Assembly (NCBI GenBank): GCA_963677925.2
Contig: CAXXYH010000004.1
Location: 864,001-928,000 of the forward strand
From: Spirochaetia bacterium
GTDB lineage: Bacteria > Spirochaetota > Spirochaetia > UBA9216
Length of the DNA: 64,000 nt
Reading direction: 5' to 3'
The translations under genes and the position numbers were made by a program. Of the stretch, positions 58,684 through 64,000 are shown one piece after another (the first letter of the stretch is position 1; the number at the start of each line of letters is the position of its first letter). The notes below the pieces were generated by a model, which worked only from the letters and a program-made list of their open reading frames with translations, was not told the origin of the DNA and ran no database searches.

Positions 58684-59573
58684 TTGAATCACAACAGTAA
58701 AAAAATCCTCGCACCGGCATTTATGATACTGTCGGCTTTTTCCTTTGCCTGTATGGGCGGGGTAATAAAATACGCCGAAAGTGTTCCCTACATTGAGAAA
58801 GTTTTTTTCCGTAACCTGATAATGTTTTTCCTGATTTCTGCAATGCTTATCCCTGATCTGCGAAAAGGCGGATTCAGGATTCTCGCAGGAAAGCCTCAGA
58901 ACCGGGTAAAGCTGCTGGCTGTGCGGTCGCTCTTCGGCTTTACAGGAGTTTTGTTTTACTTTTATTCGGTAGAGAGGCTTGTGCTTGCCGATTCCTCCCT
59001 GCTTAACAGCTTTCATCAATACTTGTGATTATTTTCGCGGCTTGTTTTTTTAAAGCAGAAGCTTAGGCGCTACAGTGTTCCGGCGCTTATAGCCGCCTTT
59101 GTCGGGATGATTCTTATAATAAAGCCTGGCTTCAATATGCAGCTGCTGCCTGCCGTTGCCGGTCCTTATCGGAGCGGTAACATCTGCGGCCGCCTACACG
59201 ATAATTGCCTCGCTGCGCGGCAGCGAGAACTCGCTGGTGATTATTTTCTGGTTTCCGGGTATCTCAATTATCCTTTTACTCTTTCCCTTTCTAAGGGTCT
59301 GGACCGAACCTTCAGCGGCCGAGCTTGCAGCTCTTGTTGCCACCGGTCTTTTCTCTGCCGGAGGACAGTTCTTTCTTACCCTTGCATACTCTTACGGTTC
59401 GGCCTCCGAAGTAGCTATTTACAACTACACTCATGTTGTCTTCTCCGCACTGATAGCAGTTGTTCTTTGGCGCGGAGATTCCTGATGCCTTTTCCATCGG
59501 AGGCGCAGTTCTGATTATCGGTGCAGCACTGTTTCTGTATTTCCGTGGAAAAAAAGCATCGGCTCACCTTTAA
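58684..59573 (+). CDS. DMT/EamA transporter, split by frameshifts (probably sequencing indels)
   Basis: Consecutive fragments (VFFRN, RSLFG, SAAAY, GQFFLTLAY) in different frames. Confidence 0.75.
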
Positions 59574-59660
59574 TTCTGAATAAAATCTGAAACAGGTGTG
59601 TACTATTAGGTAACAGTCTTATATCAAAAATATTGTTAGATATTCGGAGGTTTACCATTT

Positions 59661-59966
59661 ATGAAAAAAACAATCATTGTTCTGTTGATTATTTCTGCAG
59701 TCATACTTATGACTATTACTTCCTGCGCTGCCGGCCCTAATGAGTTTAAGGGTCTGGAGGATGTTGAAGGGGATGTCGCCGGTTTCTTTATGGGGCTGTG
59801 GCATGGCTTTATAGCCCTGTTCACTTTTATAATTTCACTGTTTTCGGACAAGGTTAATGTCTACGAGATTCATAACAACGGCGGATGTACAACTTCGGTT
59901 TTATCCCTCGGAGTTTCTGCATTCTTCGGAGGCGGAGGCAAGGGGTCAAGGCCGGGGCAGCCGTAA
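59661..59966 (+). CDS. Small membrane lipoprotein (frameshifted near the C-terminus)
   Basis: ITSC lipobox, AGFFMGLWHG...VYEIHNNGG then YNFGF in another frame. Confidence 0.6.
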   Translation: MKKTIIVLLIISAVILMTITSCAAGPNEFKGLEDVEGDVAGFFMGLWHGFIALFTFIISLFSDKVNVYEIHNNGGCTTSVLSLGVSAFFGGGGKGSRPGQP

Positions 59967-60001
59967 GTGGAAGGAACGCTGCAGGGACTGATTTAACAAT
60001 A

Positions 60002-60044
60002 TGTGGAAAACATGTGGAAACTTGTGATAAAAATCTGTGGATAG
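60002..60044. promoter_or_regulatory. Cluster of DnaA-box-like 9-mers
   Basis: TGTGGAAAA, TGTGGAAAC, TGTG-ATAA, TGTGGATAG versus consensus TGTGGATAA. Confidence 0.45.
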
Positions 60045-60065
60045 AAAGTGCATATGTATTAAAAT

Positions 60066-60095
60066 ACCGGGGTGTTTCTCCCCGGTTTTTTTTTT
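60066..60095 (+). terminator. Rho-independent terminator
   Basis: ACCGGG...CCCGGT followed by a long T-run. Confidence 0.7.
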
Positions 60096-60113
60096 GAGTC
60101 TGATAAAATCAGC

Positions 60114-61287
60114 TTATTCTGATAGATAAGTATCTCTGTAGCTCTTTACTTCACCAAACACTTTCAGCGCTGAGCATTGCATGTACAATTGCTCTTGTGA
60201 GTGTGTCAGCAGCAGCAGCTCCGATCTTGTTTCTATATTTGCGGGCATATATCCCCATGTTGCTTCCTGCTGAAGCACTTCAGGAGAGAGTTCGCCTGTT
60301 CCCAGAACAAAGATGGTGTCGCCGTCGAACATTGTATGAGAAGTGTCTGATGGCTCTTGCCATTCCGTCGTGTGCCATTTTCGGCAATTTTTTTTAGCCT
60401 GAGGCCCTTTGTGAGTTTTTACATTGGTGGCTATTACAGGCTATGGGTTGTATTCTTAACAGGCTCGCTGTCTGTATCAACATTTGCTGACGCAAAGCGC
60501 ATCAGGATCTGAGTAGATAGCAAAACTCATCGCCTATTTCCAGATATGCTCCGTAAAGCTCTCCGGTCTTAGGATTAACTGTGCTTCCTCCGGCATTTAC
60601 GGCAACTATTGCTCCGACAATTACACCGTTTCCAATATCCAATACTTGCAGTTCCAAGACCGCCCTTTATTCCTGCTGCAATTGCACCTGCAACCTGCTC
60701 CTACATTACCCATCTGGACGGGTCCTGAAGAAAGGTTCTCTGCTGCTTTTCGGCCGAATTCAGCAGTAGGATGTTCAGTGAATTCACGTCCGAATCTGCC
60801 CGGATCAAAAAAGTACTGCAGCCGGTACGATAGGAAACTACTCCTGCTCCTGCGGGCCAGCCTATGCCCTTTTCTTCAAGCCATCGCATAAGACCGTCTG
60901 CCGGGGCAAGGCCGTAGCGCGCTTCCGCCTGAAAGAACAACGGCATTAACCCTGTCGACAAGGTTAATAGGATCAAGAAGGTCTGTTTCCCTTGTTCCGG
61001 GGGCGGAGCCTCTAACGTCAACACCGCCTACTTGCTCCGTTTGTTGCAAAAATAACGGGTTGTACCATGGTAGTTTTTCCCTGGTAGGTTTCCCGACTTC
61101 AATTCCGGGGACATCGGTAATTGAGTTGTTGGGACCTGTTGTGTATTCAGAATCTGAGGCTTTTTTGCTCAATCACTGGTTCTGAATCGGCTTTCTTCTG
61201 ACTGTCTTCTGAAGCGCCTGAGGGCTACTGAGAGAGACAGCACAAGGAAGAACGATAAAAGTGCTTAAAACAAATTTTTTTAAACAT
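60114..61287 (-). CDS. P1/S58 (DmpA-like) peptidase, multiply frameshifted
   Basis: NSITDVPGIEVG, VDVRGSAPGTRETDLL, VLSGGSA, FDGDTIF fragments in several frames. Confidence 0.78.
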
Positions 61288-61422
61288 TTTTTGCTCCTTT
61301 TTTAGAATTTTATTAATATAAGAATAAATGCTATTCAAACCTGAGTCAATCTTTTGTTAAAAAAATACATAGAAAATATTAAGTAATATTGAATTTTTTA
61401 ATATTATAAATAATAAAAAAAA

Positions 61423-61445
61423 ACCGGGGAGTTGGCTCCCCCGGT
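61423..61445 (-). terminator. Terminator-like hairpin (minus strand)
   Basis: ACCGGGGAG...CTCCCCCGGT preceded by an A-run on the + strand. Confidence 0.55.
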
Positions 61446-61705
61446 CGTTATGAACAAGTATTTCAATTTCTGAGCGACGAAATACAATATTCCTGTAATA
61501 AAAGTTTGGTAAAACAATAAATAAATATCTGTTGAATTATTGTAAAAAAAACTTAAATTACAGCAAAAACTATATGTAAAACAAATATTAATCAACAGTC
61601 AGATGTTCATTTTTGTATTTAATAAAGATTAAAAAATAATATTTTCAGGAATCCTTCCTGTAATCCGTGTTATTTTTTAATATCATTTAATTCAGGAGTA
61701 ATAAA

Positions 61706-62516
61706 ATGCAGAGTCATGAAATTGATTATGAAATAATGGGTGATGATATCCAGATTATTGAAGTAGAACTCGATCCGGGCGAGGTGTGTAATTGCCGAGG
61801 CCGGCGCTATGAATTATATGGAAGACGGAATAACCTTCGAAGCAAAGGATGGGCGACGGAACTGAAACCGATAATTCTGTTATGGGTAAGCTTCTCGGCG
61901 CAGGTAAGCGTGTGCTTACAGGCGAATCCATCTTTATGACCCACTTTAAAAACAGCGGAATATCCGGAAAGAAGAGAGTTGCCTTTTCCGCTCCTTATCC
62001 GGGGAAGATTCTGCCGATAAATCTGGATAAACTCGGCGGCGATCTTCTCTGCCCAGAAGGATGCCTTTCTCTGTGCCGCCCCTCGGTACTCAGGTGAGTA
62101 TAGCTTTCAACAAGCGGCTTGGTACCCGGTTTTTTTCGGAGTGTGAGGGCTTCATCCTCCAGCGGCTGCGCGGCGACGGAATGGCCTTTGTCCATGCCGG
62201 AGGAACGGTTGTTAAAAAAGTGCTGCGCAATGAAAACCCTGCGCATCGATACCGGCTGTATTGTCGCCTTTACTCCAGGGCCTGGACTACAACATCGAGC
62301 AGTCCGGCGGGTCTGAAGTCGATGTTTTTCGGCGGTGAGGGCCTGTTTCTTGCAACCTTAAGCGGCACGGGTACCGTACTTCTGCAGTCAATGCCCTTTG
62401 CCCCGCCTTGCAGACCGAATCCTGCGCCAGGCTGGCACCGCGAACACGGGCGGCAGGCGGCAGGGCGAGGGCAGTAATTCTCGGCGCACTGGGGGAACAT
62501 GCTTGACGGGGATTGA
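61706..62516 (+). CDS. TIGR00266/AIM24 family protein, frameshifted
   Basis: [50 protein letters not shown]. Confidence 0.82.
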
Positions 62517-62527
62517 TGGAGCATTAA

Positions 62528-63272
62528 ATGCAGAGCATTAGATGTTCCCACTGCGGGGCTGATATCAGCGGCAGATATTTCTCCGATTACTGGGGGCAAC
62601 TTATACTGCGCCGCGCACTACCGGAATGTCCCGCAGTGCGCCTACTGCGGGCGGCTAATTTCTTCAAAAACTGACTAAAGGCGGCAGGACATATTCGGAC
62701 GGCCGCCGGAATCTGCGGAATCTGTCTGCCGTCTTCGGTAAATGATCCTAAAACGGGGCTTGAGCTGCTTCAGTCTGTACATGATCAGCTTTCCGTCCGA
62801 AGGAATAATTATTAAACCCTTCAAGCCCCCGAGTTCCTTCTCATAAGCCGCTCCAGGGCTGAAGCAGCTTGATAAAAGCAGCGGTGAGAAGCAGGGTTTT
62901 GCCGTTTTCAACCGGAAAATGGTAAACGGCAAAATCAGTGAGTTCAAAAATGCAGATTATATATCCTGCAGGGGCTTCCTGAAATGAGTTTCATATCAAC
63001 CTGCACCCATGAACTGATGCATATCTGGTTTTACAGCCATTAACCTGACAGATATTAAACCGCTGCTTTTGGAAGGCAGCTGCAACATGGCCGCCTACCT
63101 TGTATTAAAAAGGCAGCTTACACCCGAGGCTGAGTTTCTAATAAAGGGGCTGTTTGAAGACAAAGGATAAGATATACGGAACAGGGTGTTTCGGAAGGTT
63201 CAGAAGCTGGCATCACGTCTCGGAACAGCAGGCTGGTTAGAGTACCTTAAAACACATAAAAAGAATTCTAAA
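62528..63272 (+). CDS. Bacterial DA1-like protein (LIM-like CxxC Zn fingers + HExxH metallopeptidase), frameshifted
   Basis: Reconstructed RCSHCG...YC..H...QCAYCGR...ICGIC, then THELMHIW and EGSCNMAAY. Confidence 0.62.
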
Positions 63273-63653
63273 AAAGGTTCTAATACCTCACATATACAAC
63301 CGGTTGTCCGTTCTCACCTGAACAAGCATAAGCTGTATATTTTCATCTCTAAGGTTATTTACCCACAATCATCCTGCCTATCATCCCGGCAATCTCTTCC
63401 GGAGTCATAGGGCATGATGCTGCGTTCAGCCGGTTGTTCTGGAAAAAGGACCCGATACGGGCTTTCAGTTCCTTCACGCCCTGTACAAAAAGTCCTCTTC
63501 GGCCAGATCCCTTTTCCGGAAGGGCTCCCTGACGCACAAGCTCCAGTTCTGCAGCCTCGCTTGGTATAAGTCTTTTGTTGATTATATAGTACCTGGATAC
63601 CAACGGCGCCCTCCCGAACACTTATGGATTTTGAAATGAAGTAATAAAGATTC

Positions 63654-63681
63654 CCCCGCAGCCGCGAATCCGGCTGCGGGG
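63654..63681 (-). terminator. GC-rich hairpin downstream of a minus-strand gene
   Basis: CCCCGCAGCCG-CGAATC-CGGCTGCGGGG. Confidence 0.6.
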
Positions 63682-64000
63682 TTAAAATGTTAGCGAATTG
63701 TAATTCTTCCCTCGGTCATCGGAGTAATGGTTCCTCCAAGTGAGATAATGTATTCGATAAATGCATCTCTCCTGCATAAGGGATGTGTCGTAGTAGTCAA
63801 CTGCATCAGTAAACATTCCGTAGGCCGTCGCCGCCTGCTGCAAGGTAGCTGTTTGTAGCAATCCTGTACTCGGCATTCGGATCAACCTTTTTTGCCGTTG
63901 ATCATAAGATCGGTAACAGTTCCCTGCCGCAGAGTCAATTGTGAACTTAACGCCCTTTGATACCTGGGGGCATTGCTCCGTGGCCGATCGCAGCTGGAGT
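63682..64000 (-). CDS. C-terminal part of an unidentified protein, possibly an outer-membrane barrel (frameshifted, truncated)
   Basis: Ends in an alternating strand with terminal Phe (...LTF*), followed by a hairpin. Confidence 0.3.
   Translation of the reverse strand, partial: LQLRSATEQCPQVSKGVKFTIDSAAGNCYRSYDQRQKRLIRMPSTGLLQTATLQQAATAYGMFTDAVDYYDTSLMQERCIYRIHYLTWRNHYSDDRGKNYNSLTF

Noticed and set aside
61380-61520. Riboswitch upstream of the S58 peptidase
   Set aside because: Only a terminator-like hairpin is visible and no known aptamer motif could be recognised
58684-64000. Run of frameshifted genes read as real pseudogenes or programmed frameshifting
   Set aside because: Indels hit nearly every unrelated gene, often at homopolymers, while the coding sequence is otherwise well preserved; this is typical of low-coverage long-read assembly error

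Overview
The window looks like a chromosomal segment from a free-living spirochaete. This is inferred from an 'AGGAQE'-type solute-binding-protein N-terminus, many lipoproteins and the gene content; it is not proven. The visibly AT-rich first ~37.6 kb is an accessory cell-surface island with three parts. (1) A Wzx-type polysaccharide locus with four GT2s, a DUF707-like protein, a LarA-family (nickel-pincer) racemase overlapping an ATP-grasp ligase, a TupA-like ATP-grasp and IS relics. (2) An embedded, co-oriented hybrid NRPS-PKS, A(Gly)-PCP-KS-AT-ACP-TE, followed by a C-A(Ser)-PCP NRPS, AsnB and a free ACP. (3) Ig/FN3-like lipoprotein and beta-barrel genes around a sigma54 activator whose receiver lacks the phospho-Asp, set divergently to a cNMP-HD-GYP gene. 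Three sigma54 promoters (7963, 30460, 34343) each carry the same upstream box, ATTACAAYATTGAAA, at helically phased distances, which defines a candidate regulon. From ~37.7 kb the genes are mostly housekeeping (crcB, ZIP, pstS, ldh/mdh, Sfp PPTase, folE, thrH, plsC, htpG, hipBA, ltaE, aroA). This part also holds a cluster of three long palindromes at 45.7-45.8 kb. Past ~58.7 kb almost every gene is frameshifted, most likely from sequencing indel errors.
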